A stretch of DNA of 64,000 bases from Camelus dromedarius. Its lineage: Eukaryota. The notes under the pieces are model-generated. The model saw only the letters and a program-made list of their open reading frames with translations, was not told the DNA's origin and did not search any database. Where the stretch lies: assembly GCF_036321535.1 (NCBI RefSeq), contig NC_087437.1:98024001-98088000 (forward strand), given 5' to 3'. How positions within the stretch are numbered: the first letter of the stretch is position 1; each line of letters opens with the position of its first letter. A program made the translations under genes and the position numbers. Below are positions 11,011 to 23,612 of the stretch, one piece after another.

Positions 11011-14000
11011 ACATGTGTGAAGTTTGGGTTTTTTTTTTCTTTTTGTACAGTAGTTCCCTCGTAACTCTTTAATGTTCTGTTCCTGCTATATCCTAAGAGG
11101 TAGATTCCTAAATCCCACACTTTGACATGACTGCAATTAGCATAAGGGCCGTGAGGATTTTAAAATAAAACTTTTTTTTTTGGTTTATACAAATATAAAA
11201 ATCTGTAACACTTTCTTTGGGAAAAGGGAAGAAAACATCTAAGCCAATAAATGAAATAAAACTTGAGATGTAAGCTTAAGTTTTAGAAAAATGAAGAACA
11301 TACTCAGAGTAGTCAATTTTACATTTCCATGTAAACTTTATTAGAAGAGGAAATAAACTAGACTTTAACCAACAATAATCCTATTTAAGCATGCATGCAC
11401 ATTTAAAAATAGAGTATGGATGAAATTCATATAAATAGGAATATGACTCCAAAAGTAAATGATTATGCATATTGTTACTTTTTAGACACATGACTATGTT
11501 ATAAAGTCCCGATTAATATGGAAATCAGTTAAACAGACTCTTCAATTAACCAGATGTCTTTCTGCTACAAACTTCATTGCCATATGCTGATAAGTACTAA
11601 CAGAGTGATGATCCAGTGGATCAATGGTACCTTCAAATGACGCATCCCAAGTCCCTATTTAATAGGCCTGGAAAAGAGCTAATATTGTTTAGAAAGACCT
11701 TCCCCATCAAACTAAAGGGTTTAACATTTTTACTATAATGTCAAAATCAAAACACCCATGAAGTAAAAGCAAGGAGTTCGAGCTTTCTTGTTAACTAGGG
11801 ACTTACCAAAGGGACACTTGCAAAATATCTGAAACTCCACTTCTATTAAAACTGGCTTGTTAAGGAAATCAACCTAGATTTTGTTTATAAAGCCCCTGGG
11901 TTGAAAAGCAGTGGTGTCACATTCTTAATGAGCAGCTCTTCTAGGTAACAAATCACCTGACTGTATTTCTCAGTCTTCCCTCCTACCTGTAAGCCTCTCC
12001 TCCCTGAGGCTCAGTTCTAATGTTCAAATTTCACTAATTCATTTAACAAATATTAAATTGAGTGTCTGCTGTGTGCTGTCTGACAATATATCAAGTCTCT
12101 TGACTAGCTAAAAAAATTGTTTATATTCTGTAGCATCATTAAAGAAATACGCTTGTCAAGATTATGATGACTATGTTTCTTCTACTAGATATTAAGAGCA
12201 GAATTATATTTTTAAGAATTATTAGGCTGATATTTTCAAAATAATGACACAAAGGATAACATTGAAAAACCTTAGAACTTTGAGGGTGGATAATTCCCTA
12301 GAAGTACACTTTCTTTCGAACTTTCTGTTTGGGCTTAAGTTAAGGCAGTGGTCTAAGTAAAAATTTTTTTTCATTTCTTCAGTGATTGAAAGTCATGAAA
12401 AAATATATTTCTTAACTGAAGGATTTGCAACCTCTGTGCCCCCTTTCCTTCATCTGTGAATAGAAGTTTAACTCAGTTGTGGAGTTTAGTCAATAACCTG
12501 GGCGTGATAATGCCCTTACTACACGTTCATGTGTTGGTGAGAATAAAAGGAAATACCAATGAAAACTGTACTTATTTAAGTAATGTTTTATGTCAAGAAA
12601 TGTTCATGGATCTTAAAGAGGCAGAGAATTTCAAATACTTATGTTTGGGATGATGTTTGCTACAGATTATATTTCTACAATGCTAACTAAAGAATAGAGA
12701 ACACTCACATTCATGGCGACCAGAGTTGGACTATATGCAGTTTTAAAAAGTGTTAACACTCAAGCAGTTTGAACCTGGATTTTTTTTTCCTTCAGAAATA
12801 CTGATGAGAGAAGCAATTTTCTAACCTTCTCTTTTATTCAAGGAAAATATTTTCTGGAGATTAAAAGACAGATAGGACATTTGAGGTCCTATTACAATCT
12901 TTTTTAAACTCCTTGGTCCACCAAAAATCTCAGGTGACACAGTAGCAAATATTTTGAACAATTATTTCCTATTTTGTGGAATTCGGAGACCATCAAGATA
13001 TTTGATGAGAGAACCAGAGTGATCCAGCAAATTCAAGAGTCAAAGGTATATAAAACAGGGCTGAGGTAGAGTCTGTACTGAGCACACAAATTCCCTATCA
13101 TGATGGTACCACTAAGCCATATGTTGCTTAAGACGTGTTCTGAAACAGGAAAATTGCAAAAGAGCAGTCTCGGTGTTTCGTTTTCACACATAACCTTAAT
13201 AGTCTTAACCCAGGCGGGGTGAAAAACGTGGGGCTTTGTGGCATATGTATTGGTTACAACTTCTGCGTCATAGTGGGTAAGTCAACATTTAGATATTGCA
13301 AACAAATGACAGCTATTGGGGTGTGTTTTCTGAGAAAGTAAAACGTGACATCAAAGAGTGGTTTCAGCAGCCCAATAAGTATTTATTGGAAGATTGCTAC
13401 AACATGAATAATGAAGTTCAAATTGTAGGTATCAAAAAAGTATAGGTGTGAGAAAACGCTACCTGATGTCTTTAATTCAGATACCTGGATTACATGATGA
13501 CCTGCATCTATATCTCTTTGCTTCCTGCCATCAAGTTCAAGAATAAATTTAGATAGTAATGCTTGGGTTAAACCTAGTCTATACTTTAATTTATTTCAAG
13601 ACACATTTGTTCAAAGGATGGGGGATTTTCAAACCAAATCTTTAGAAATGAAACTAGAATCCCAACATTGCCAATATTTACACCTCTTAACATATGAACT
13701 GGGTCACAGTACATCTCCTGCCTCTGTGTATTACTGGAGCAACCATGACCAACAGGTGTTTCAGTAACTATAACCTGAAACATTGCTGACTATGCCTCAC
13801 ATGCACTTTGAAAGAAGATGACAAGAAGTCACTTTCCAAGAACTTGAAAGATAAGGGAATTACAATTGTGACAGAGTAAAATTCTGAAATTAGCATTTAA
13901 TGTAAGATAGACTAATAATCTTATAGGAAAAAATGGATATATGCCTTTCAGATCTACAAAATTTAGTCACTTAAAGAAAAGAAGGAGTCAATCTAAAAGT

Positions 14001-15829
14001 AAATTAACCTTGATAATTCCTCTCTTCTTTCCAACCCCTCAGAGCAGGCTTCTCTCTATAGAATGGGGAAGGGAAATCTATAAAAGGAAGTCCATTTGGG
14101 GTGCTGTGCTTTTGCCTACTTATGGCTTTCTGGAATAATCCTAATCCTACTGCAGATTTCTTGAAGCAAATATACACTGGGATCAGATGAAGTTTACTTA
14201 GTAATTCAGATGGTAGTTTCGAAGCCAAAAAGCCATAGGTAACATATCGGTTGTGTGCCCTCCTCTAGATGGCTAGCTTATTCTCACTATATGCTGGATA
14301 AAATACCTCCTTATTTAGATTTGAGTGTTTACAGAGAAATAGCGGGATGTATATTCCTCCAAGCCTATGGTAGAGTGAAGGAAATGGGGAGATGGTGGCT
14401 TTGCTATGAATCTCTTACATTTCCTAGCCCTCTGAAGTCATTTACCCATTCTCTGTCTCTGGAATCCCTACTTACCAATCCTTTTCTGTAAGGGAACCGC
14501 CCCCTTCCTCAAGCTCTTGAAATCCCTTCTTGTGTCTTACTAATTGAAAAGCCTCGCAATTTCTTTTCTGCTTTGCTCAGTGACCTGCTTTCGGGAGTGA
14601 GGAGCTCAAGTTTAGAGAAGATTGGGCAAAGAGAGAATTCTGATCCTACTGACAGGGAATATGAAGAAGATGGGAGCTACTGAAGTTTGTTTTTACCAAC
14701 AAGGGCTGAAATTGAGCATATCTACCACAAGGAACCTATATCAAGTTCTTCCAGGAAGCTGTATCAAGTCTACGTAAGAAATTAACATTTCACTGATCAG
14801 CTTCTTACTGTGATATGGTCCCTTGCCGGAGTGTTATTGCAGAGTTCTCACACATTCATTAACAGTGATAGGGGTGATTCCCAAAACACTTAGAAAAGTT
14901 GTGGTGGGAAATGGGGGATCTGAATACATTTTGCTTCCCACAGAAAAAGGAGAGCAACAGAGGCAAATATTGATAGTATCCACTTAAGCTACTGGGTTCA
15001 AAAAAGAGAGCTTCAGTGAACTTTGAGTATCTTAATTCTCCTGACAAGATAATCAATCTATCATGTGGAGACAGATGCTTGAAACAATTTTAGCTGGATT
15101 TCAGTAAACAACATTGTCTAACTACTTACTTCTCTTTATTTTGATTTTCAGCTTTGTGAGTAACATTCTAATCACAATTGGGCTTCTTGGGTAGGCCTAA
15201 GCCTGGAACCCTGCTATTGCTGGTTCTCACTATAAATTTTTTTAATGCCATGGTGGTTAATTAGTGTGTATCCTAAAAAGGACCCATCCCTAGGGTTCTC
15301 AAAACATTATGCTTCTGAGAGAGGAGAGCTGCTGGTCAGACCCTAGATGTCTTGGGTAGCCTCTTGGGAGAGAACCTGGTCCTTTGACATTATTTCTTAT
15401 TTTAAATTTCTAAAGAGTGAATGTAACGCATCATCTCATTATCTTTTTTTGTAGAGGAAATAGAGAATTAAAATAAATAAAAAGGACAAGTGGTCTAAGA
15501 TGAATGGTGAGCCTAGAGAATCATACAGGAAGAAACTGTTTGAAAGAGACAAAGAACATCTTAGATTACATCTATGCATGGCAAGATGTTTGAAAACAAT
15601 ATGAGAAGACTTAGTAACCAAAAAATGAGGAGTACCAGTTCATCAGTGACTAAAACAATTAGAGAAATCTGATTAAGTTTAAAATATATGCAAATTATTC
15701 AGATTATTTCAATAATAACTTTATAAGTGGTTGCTACAATAAGTAATGATAAAATAAAATTTAATATGTTTATGATTAAAAGTTTAATATTCATGAAGTA
15801 ACCTTATTCTCAAAGTTAATAATAATAAT

Positions 15830-16030
15830 GATGACTCTCATTTTTGAGTGCTTATTATATGCCTGGTATTGTGCTATGTGCTTTATACATATTTCCCATG
15901 TAATCTTCAAAAAATCTCCAAGAGCTTATCCTAACATTATCATCCTCAAACAACTTTCAGGTGAGGTTAGGTAAGGTGTCCAGTTGTACAGCTAGGAAGT
16001 GGTGGAGTCAATCCCAAATCTCAGCTCATA
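15830..16030 (-). mobile_element. MIR SINE
   Basis: ttgagtgcttattatatgcctggtattgtgctatgtgctttatacat...taatcttca...gaggttaggtaa...gctaggaagtggtggag. Confidence 0.7.
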
Positions 16031-16856
16031 AATATCGCTCTGTATCATAGTTATGCTTAAAGACCTGACATAAAATGGGAGTGATTTATTTGGAGGCTGA
16101 GGTCAGCAATGGTAAGGGCTGGGGAGAGGATAATGCTGAGTTACTGGTTAAATCATTAAGTTCATTAAGTGTGTATGAAAATTGGAAACCACTAAATGTG
16201 CAACCAATCTAGAACCCTCTTCTTTAATTGAGTCTGTACCTCATGGACAAACCTGCTACCACTTCAGTTTCCTTCTCCAACCCAAGCTACCTTGTTGTGA
16301 CTCTAAGAAGAGTCAAGAGCCCCACAATGCTATCTTTAAAATCATTTTCTCTAATTTCACACTTACAGAAATCAGAATAGGAGCTCAGATTAGACTTGTC
16401 CACGTTATGAAATTCCCTAGGATCTGAAGTTCCCTGCTGATGGCTGTTGATAAAGTACCCATTTATGAATTACTATCTCTAAAGTTACTACCATAAGCAT
16501 ATCTATTTCTTCTTTGATATGGAGCTATAGCTCCCCAATTTTTGTTTCTAAAAAGTATTTATTATTCTCTTAACCTTTGACTTTTAACCCTACCAGTTTT
16601 TGCTTGCCTCAAATGTCACATCCAAATTATGGTCATAATTTTTACATTTCTATAATATGTTTTCCTTTTACACTTCTAAATCATTTCATATTTTGTAAAA
16701 ATTATGCTTCTTACCCTAAAAATTTAAAAAACAGAATCTCTCTATCATATCCTTTTCTATTCCCAGACTTCCTATTTCAATTTTTTTTTAGCCCTCCAAT
16801 ACTAAAACTATTTTTCTCATTGATTAGATTCATTTTTCTACATGATAGGCCCATAC

Positions 16857-17100
16857 TTTCTTTTTTTTTAATTGAAGTATAGCCAGTTACAATGTGTCAA
16901 TTACTGGTATACAGCACAATGTCCCAGTCATGCATATACATATATAATTCATTTTCATATTCCTTTTTTATTAAAGGTTATTACAAGATAGTGAATATAG
17001 TTTCCTGTGCTATACAGAAGAAATTTGGGATTCTTTAATCTACTTTTATGTACAATGACTAACATTTGCAAATCTCAAACTTCCAAATTTATCCTTTCTA
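16857..17100 (-). mobile_element. LINE-1 3'UTR fragment (artiodactyl/camelid-type) with poly(A)
   Basis: A T-run followed by attgaagtatagccagttacaatgtgtcaattactggtatacagcacaatgtcccagtcatgcat..., the reverse complement of an L1 3' end. Same family as 37890-37978. Confidence 0.85.
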
Positions 17101-17431
17101 TTGATTTCCTTTTTTTGTCCTTGAGGATTTTGTACTCTTTTCACCCCCCAAATCCCTTATAATTATTTAGTTAAGTCATTAGTTATTATTTTATAAATAT
17201 TGTTCATGGATAAGTCAAATTGTATTTAGTGCCTTGTGTTTCCTTTGTTGTTCATTTTTGGAGTTCGTAATTACCTCTCTCTTTTAATTTTTTTTTTTTT
17301 TGGTTGGTTCCCTGTAATATATCCCAAATTAATGCCCCCAACAAATTTATCAACTGATTTATTTTGAGCATTTAAGTTCATACACCATACCTGTAGTTAT
17401 AAACACTCACACATTTGAAATTTATGTCTTC

Positions 17432-19335
17432 CTAGATAAAACTGTCACTGTGTGCAGATGGCATGATACTATACATAGAAAATCCTAAAGATACCACCAG
17501 AAAACTACTAGAGCTCATCAATGAATTTGGTAAAATTGCAGAATACAAAATTAATAAACAGAAATCTGTTGCATTTCCATACACTAAAAATGAACTATAA
17601 GAAAGAAAAATTGAGGAAACAATCCCATTTACCATCACATCAAAAAGGATAAAATACCTAGGAATAAACCTACCTATGGAGGTAAAAGACCCATACTCAG
17701 AAAACTATAAGACACTTATGAAAGAAATTGAAGACAACACAAACAGATGGTAAGGCATACTGTGTTCTTGGATTGGAAGAATTAATATAATTAAAATGAC
17801 CATACTACCCAAGGCACGATTCAATGCAATCCCTATGAAAATACCAATGGTATTTTTCACAGAACTGGAATGAATAATGAAAACATTTGTATGGAAACAC
17901 AAAAGACCCCAAATAGCCAAAACAATCTTGAGAAAGAAGAGCAGAGCTGGAAGAATCACACTCCCTGGCTTCAGACTGTACTACAAAGCTACAGTAATAA
18001 AAATAGGATGGTACTGGCACAAAACAAACACATATGTCAATGGATCAAAATAGAGAGGCTAGAGATAAACCCACACACTTATTGTCAATTAATCTTCAAC
18101 AAAGGGGACAAGAATATACAATGGAGAAAAGACAGTCTCCTCAATAAGCGGTGCTGGGAAAACTGGACAGCTGCTTGTAAAAGAATGAAATTAGAATGTT
18201 TTCTAACACCATATACAAAAATAAACTCAAAATGGATTAAAGACCTAAATGTAAGACCAGAAACCATATAACTCCTAGAGGAAAACACAGGCAAAACACT
18301 CTTTGACATAAATCATAGCAATATTTTTTGGATCCATCTCCTACAGTAAAGAAAACAAAAGCAAGAATAAACAAATGGGACCTTAAAAACTTTTGAACAT
18401 GCAAAGGAAAACATCAACAAAATGAAAAGACAACCTACTGAATGGGAGAAGGTATTTGCAATTGATATGACCTATAAGGGGTTAATATCCAAAATTTATA
18501 AACAGCTCATACAACTCAATATAAAAAAAAAGATTAAAAAATGGGCAGAAGAACTGAATAGACATTTTTCCAAAGTGGAAATGCGGATGGCCAATAGGCA
18601 CATGAAAAGATGCTCAACATAACTAATGATCACGGAAATGCAAGTCAAAATCACAGTGAGATTTTCACACCTGTCAGAATGGCTATCATGAAAAAGAACA
18701 CAAATAACAAAGGTTGGCAAGGATATGAAAAAAAAGGAACCCTTGTATACTGTTGATGGTAATGTAAATTGATGTAGTCACTGTGGAAAACAGTGTGGAA
18801 GTTTCTCAAAAAACTAAAAGTATGTCCCAGCAATTCCATTCCTGGGTATATATATGGGGAAAAAAACTGATTTGAAAAGATATATGTACCCCAGTGTTCA
18901 TAACAGCATTATTTACAATCACCAAGGTATGGAAGCAACCTAAGTGTCCATCAACAGATGAATGCCTAAAGATGTGGTATATATACCAATGGAATATTAC
19001 TCAGCCATAAAAAGAATGAAAATTTTCCATTTGCAGCAGCAAGGGCAGATTTGGAGGGCATGATGCAAAGTGAAATAAATCAGATAGAGAAAGACAAATA
19101 CTGTATGATATCACTTATATGTGCAATCTAAAAACACACAACAAACTAGTGAATATAACAAGAAAGAAGCAGATTCACAGATACAGAGAATAAACTAGTG
19201 GTTACCAGTGGGGAGAGGGAAAAGGGAAGGGGCAATATAAAAATAGGGGGATTAAAAAGGTTGTTATGAAATTATGGATATGAAACTTTTGAAAACTGTA
19301 AACTATAGAATTTAAAGAATCTTTCAATTAAAAAA
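17432..19335 (+). mobile_element. 5'-truncated LINE-1: disrupted C-terminal part of ORF2 plus 3'UTR
   Basis: ORF2 peptides [56 protein letters not shown] and [13 protein letters not shown]. Several stops and frameshifts. G-rich 3'UTR tract near 19210-19250 and a short A tail near 19330. Confidence 0.96.
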
Positions 19336-20589
19336 TGTAGGCTTTAAAATACTTCTAAAGCTATAAAAGAATCCCCTGCTTAATTTATACTTCTTTCCCC
19401 AGAAGCACAAGAGGAAGGTAGACTACACTGACCAATAGACCATGACTTCCTGTCTTTGTCTAATGAAGACACGTATAATTAATAAAATATTCCTGGAAAG
19501 ATATATATGAGTTTCCTTTCCTCAGAAAGCTATTCTTAAACAGGAAATAAAAAATTCTTTCTATTTCTTTTCTACCTTCACTCATCAGAAACATTTATAG
19601 CAGATTGAAGAGTGGCCAGATTAGTTTTCAGACCTTAACATTTGAAACCATGCTAACACTGTGAAGCTGTAAGAGAGAATAACTGCAGAGCCAGACCCCC
19701 TAATGTGACCTTCATCCCTTCAACTTTGACTATAAGGTGAAATTCTTTAATTGTGTATCAGTTTAATTACAAAAGAATAGAATATAGTTGTGGTGGATGT
19801 TTTTAATGTAAAAATGTCTACCATAGCAAAATCAAATTTCACATTGTTGTATATATACACACACATCACATATATATGCATATATGTGTATATATTTATA
19901 TGTATATATTCATGTGTGTTTGTGTATGTATGTATGTATGTGTTCATTTAGGTGGAATTCCATCTTTACCTTTTAATACAAAGAGTAACGGAAGAACTTA
20001 GGAGGCTGAGTATGTTGTAAATAGGTCCACATTGCCCTCCCCAACCCAACACACACAAACTGAGGTTTCCACACAAAGTGTGAAGCCACAGCGAGGCTCA
20101 GATCCTCAGAAACCCTCCTGCATTCTCACTTTAAAGCATCTGTATTTGTCATTTCTGGGAAGGGAGAAACCAAGTACTCGTTTACGGGATTTTACAAGTA
20201 TGTTACCCACAACTCAATTCTATTTTCTTGAATAAGAAAACTTTCCATAACTTTTGCATCTGTGTTTGTGAGAAATGAAAAAAAAGTTTGTTTTCCTTTG
20301 TCAACCAAGTAGTATAGGGAACTAAATAGCCAAGTTAAATCTGTGCCCAGCAGCTCAAAATAAACTATTTGATTAATTGAAACGTAACATCTATTTGGAG
20401 AGAAATAGGATTCCCTGTTTTATTTTCAAAGGCAGGGGATTCCAGCCCCCTGAAGGAGCCCTGCATCAGTGATACACTCTGGTTACTAGTCCTCCGCTGA
20501 GCAAGCCTGACTTGGGGCTCACATTTCCCCATGTCACTGATCCTTGGAGGCCCTGTGATGTGATGAGAACCTGTGGACTTTGGAGGACT

Positions 20590-20770
20590 GACGTAGGTTT
20601 GAGTTCAGTCAAACTGTATAAACCCAAGCCCAACATTTGGCCTCTCCAACTTTCAATTTCCTCATTGGTAAAAGGGGAAATTAATATTTCCTCCTGAGAT
20701 TTTGTTGGAATTAAATCAAACGATATATGTAAAATTCCTGACACAGAAAAGGTGTTAGCAAATGCTAATT
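20590..20770 (+). mobile_element. MIR SINE
   Basis: caatttcctcattggtaaaagggg...gagattttgttggaattaaatcaaacgatatatgtaaaattcctgacacag. Confidence 0.65.
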
Positions 20771-21149
20771 TCATCCTCTCCTTCAAATACAAAGGTAGGA
20801 AAGCATGAGATGACTAGGCTTTCAAGCCCCACTTTTATTCTAGGTTGTGGTCACAGTGTGACCCAGCTTCGTGGTAACACGTTCAGCCTTTGATTTCCAA
20901 AGCCTGTACGTATGTCGTGACTAGTTTAACCTGGTGTTCTTTCATTGTCACATGCTATAATGATATTTGAATATACTGTTTCTCCCCAGCCACCAACCGG
21001 GGGAAATTTCTACAGAAGAATTCAGTTCTGCTTTCACTTAGGTTTGGTGATAAGCATTCATGTAAAACCAACCCCGCACTCCTTCCCATGAACATCTCTG
21101 GCCTTTGCCTGCGTGTGCCACTCTCCTCCTTTTCTTTCTCTGATTCAGT

Positions 21150-21470
21150 CATGCTGGTCTTGTCTCTGTGCTTGGACACCGTTCAGTTCTTTTCTGTCTT
21201 GGGTTTTGGTCAAGCCCTCTCTTTCATTTGAAGTGTTCTTCCCTTCACTTTTCACATGACTGGCCCTTTGTCATCCTTAAGGCATCAGCCTCCATGTCAC
21301 CTCCACAGAGAGCCTTCTCCAGCTAAGTACACATAGGCTTGATTGTTTTTACTGCTTTTATTTGTCTGTTTGTCTTGGTTACTAGAAGACATTGGCCCAG
21401 CCTGTTGTTAGCACTAGCATAGCTCTTGGCACAGAGAGGCTCAGGAAGTGTTTATTGAATGGATGAATCA
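21150..21470 (+). mobile_element. LINE-2 3' fragment
   Basis: Ends ggcacagagaggctcaggaagtgtttattgaatggatgaat. Confidence 0.65.
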
Positions 21471-21529
21471 TTCAACTCTATAGGTTTGCAAAATTTAGGC
21501 TATTTCCTTTGATTAGCAAGTACCAGGAT

Positions 21530-21668
21530 CCTTTCTAAGAATCTGTCCATTTCTTCTAGGTTGTCCATTTTATTGGTGTATAGTTGCTCATCGTAGCCTG
21601 TAATGATCCTTTGTATTTCTGTGGGATTGGTTGTAACTTCCTTTTTATTTCTGATTTTAATGATTGGG
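21530..21668 (-). mobile_element. Internal LINE-1 ORF2 fragment
   Basis: The minus strand translates to IIKIRNKKEVTTNPTEIQRIITGYDEQLYTNKMDNLEEMDRFLER, the L1 ORF2 segment between the endonuclease and RT domains. Confidence 0.9.
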
Positions 21669-22677
21669 ACCCTCAAATCTCAGAATTCATACCGCTCAAA
21701 ACCAAAAGAGATTATGGCAGGCAGAATACATGTTTAACTAGACATTATCAAAAACAAAATCTTGCAAAAATTTTGAAACACACAGACTATAAACCACTTT
21801 CAAAAAATTCTTTCTCCTTTATGGAGAAATCTATGAGATATGTCAACATACCTTCCTAATGATGATAATGATCTATTATCGATTTATATAACATTCTTTC
21901 CCAAGGCTGAACAGCTTTTAATGTAACTTTTTACCCTAAAGCTTTCCTGTGAAGTACTTATCCTGCTTTTATGCATGTGGGAAACTGAATTTCCTCTTCT
22001 GTCAACTCACCTCCTGATTCTAGGACTTCTAATTCTGAGCCTGTGAGCATTCCTGCAAAGCATTCATTGATGTGAAATGTCTGCTTACCTACTGAAAGAA
22101 GTTATATTGGTCCCATCTCCACTAAAACACTGGCCCTATAATTCTCTAAATATTACAGCATGACTTAAACTTATTAACTCATCTTTGTGGTAATGGTATT
22201 TTAGGAAACTAACACTTTTCCTTTGAAAGAGAAAAGAAACTTTCCCTATGAGATGATAAATACTTAGGGGAAAAATATGTATTTTTTCCCTAGCTCTTAG
22301 TGCAGTCAGTAAGTATGTCATGAGGTTCATGCACAGCCAACTTCTTTATTTCAGCCAGCAAAGGTCATCTCCTCTGCTGACAATCAGCAGGTGAATAGAA
22401 TCCATTCAGTATCACCTTGAGAAGGTACCAATTTGGAAACTGTAGAAGTTTGTTGCTAGGCTTAAGCCATCACACCTCTGGCCACAACAAGCTTGGGAAG
22501 CCTAAACGTGCTTTAAGGCCTTTCTGTGACTCACTGTCCAGCACAGGTGAGGGAGAATCCCTCTGTCAAGGAGACGTAGAGAAGACTGAGTGGGACTTGA
22601 ATTCCCACAGGTGTGAAATACTGCTTCTTGGCTCCTCTCATCGTTCTTTTCATATTCCAAGAAATGAAAGATTGGCC

Positions 22678-23170
22678 TTATTTTATTTGTTTAACAAATA
22701 TGTATTGAATATCTACTGTGGGCCTGGCATGCTGCCGGGTGTCCAAAGATGGAAAGGCATGGGCACTGCCTTCTAAGAGTTTACAGTTTAGTGGGAAGAC
22801 AGACAGACCAATAGACAATGAGAATCCAGTGTAATGGGTTCTGTATCCATCCAAGCTGCATGAGCAGGGAAAGAAGAGAGGGCCAAGTGCTAATTTGTCT
22901 GAAGAAATAAGGAAAATTTTTACTGAGGAAATAGTGCTTGAGATAAAAACGAGCCAAATAGGAATTTGGCAGGCAGACAAGGGAAAAGGCAGGGATATCC
23001 CAGCAATGAGAAGAGTATATGGTAGGATCTGAGGCATGAGAGTGTTTGGTAAGGTCTGGGAGCAAAGAGTAATGCCCTACAACAGGTGGGTATGGCAAAT
23101 AAGGAGAAAGACAGATGACGGGGCTGGTAAATGGTTTAAGGCCAGACTATGAAGGGTTTGGAGGCCACAT
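22678..23170 (-). mobile_element. LINE-2 3' fragment (continues ~23620-23780 after the MLT1C insertion)
   Basis: Starts tttgtttaacaaatatgtattgaatatctactgtgggcctggcatg, the reverse complement of the L2 3' end, followed by a purine-rich body. Confidence 0.75.
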
Positions 23171-23171
23171 C

Positions 23172-23612
23172 TTATGGGTTTAATTATATCCCTCCAAAAA
23201 GATGTGTTGAGGTCCTATTCGCCAGTATCTCAGAATGTAACCTTCTTTGCAAATAGGGTGTCGCAGGCAAAATTAGTGAAGGTGAGATCACCCTGGAGTA
23301 GGGTGAGCCCTTATTCCGACGTGACTGGTGTCTTAAAACAAGAGGGAATTTGGACACACACGTGCACAGAGGAAAGACTATGTAGAAACTCATAGGGAGA
23401 GGATAGCCATGTGAAGATGGAAGCAGAAATTAGAGTTACGCTGCCGCAAGCCATGGAACACCTGAAGCTTCCAGAAGCTGGAAGACGCGAGGAAGAATCC
23501 TCCACTAAAGCCTTCTGAGACATCAAGGCCCTGCCAACACCTTGATTTTCGACTTCTAGCCTCTAGAACTGTAAGATAATAAATATCTGTTGTTTTAAGC
23601 CACCCAGTGTAC
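23172..23612 (+). mobile_element. MaLR solo LTR (MLT1C-like) inserted in an L2
   Basis: 5' tatgggtttaattatatccctccaaaaagatgtgttgaggtcc...cagaatgtaacc and 3' gccaacaccttgattttcgacttctagcctctagaactgtaagataataaat...ttttaagccacccag. Confidence 0.88.

Noticed and set aside
16857..19335. Twin-priming inversion of one L1 (minus piece next to plus piece)
   Set aside because: Each piece has its own different 3'UTR and tail, and they are about 330 bp apart, so these are two independent insertions.
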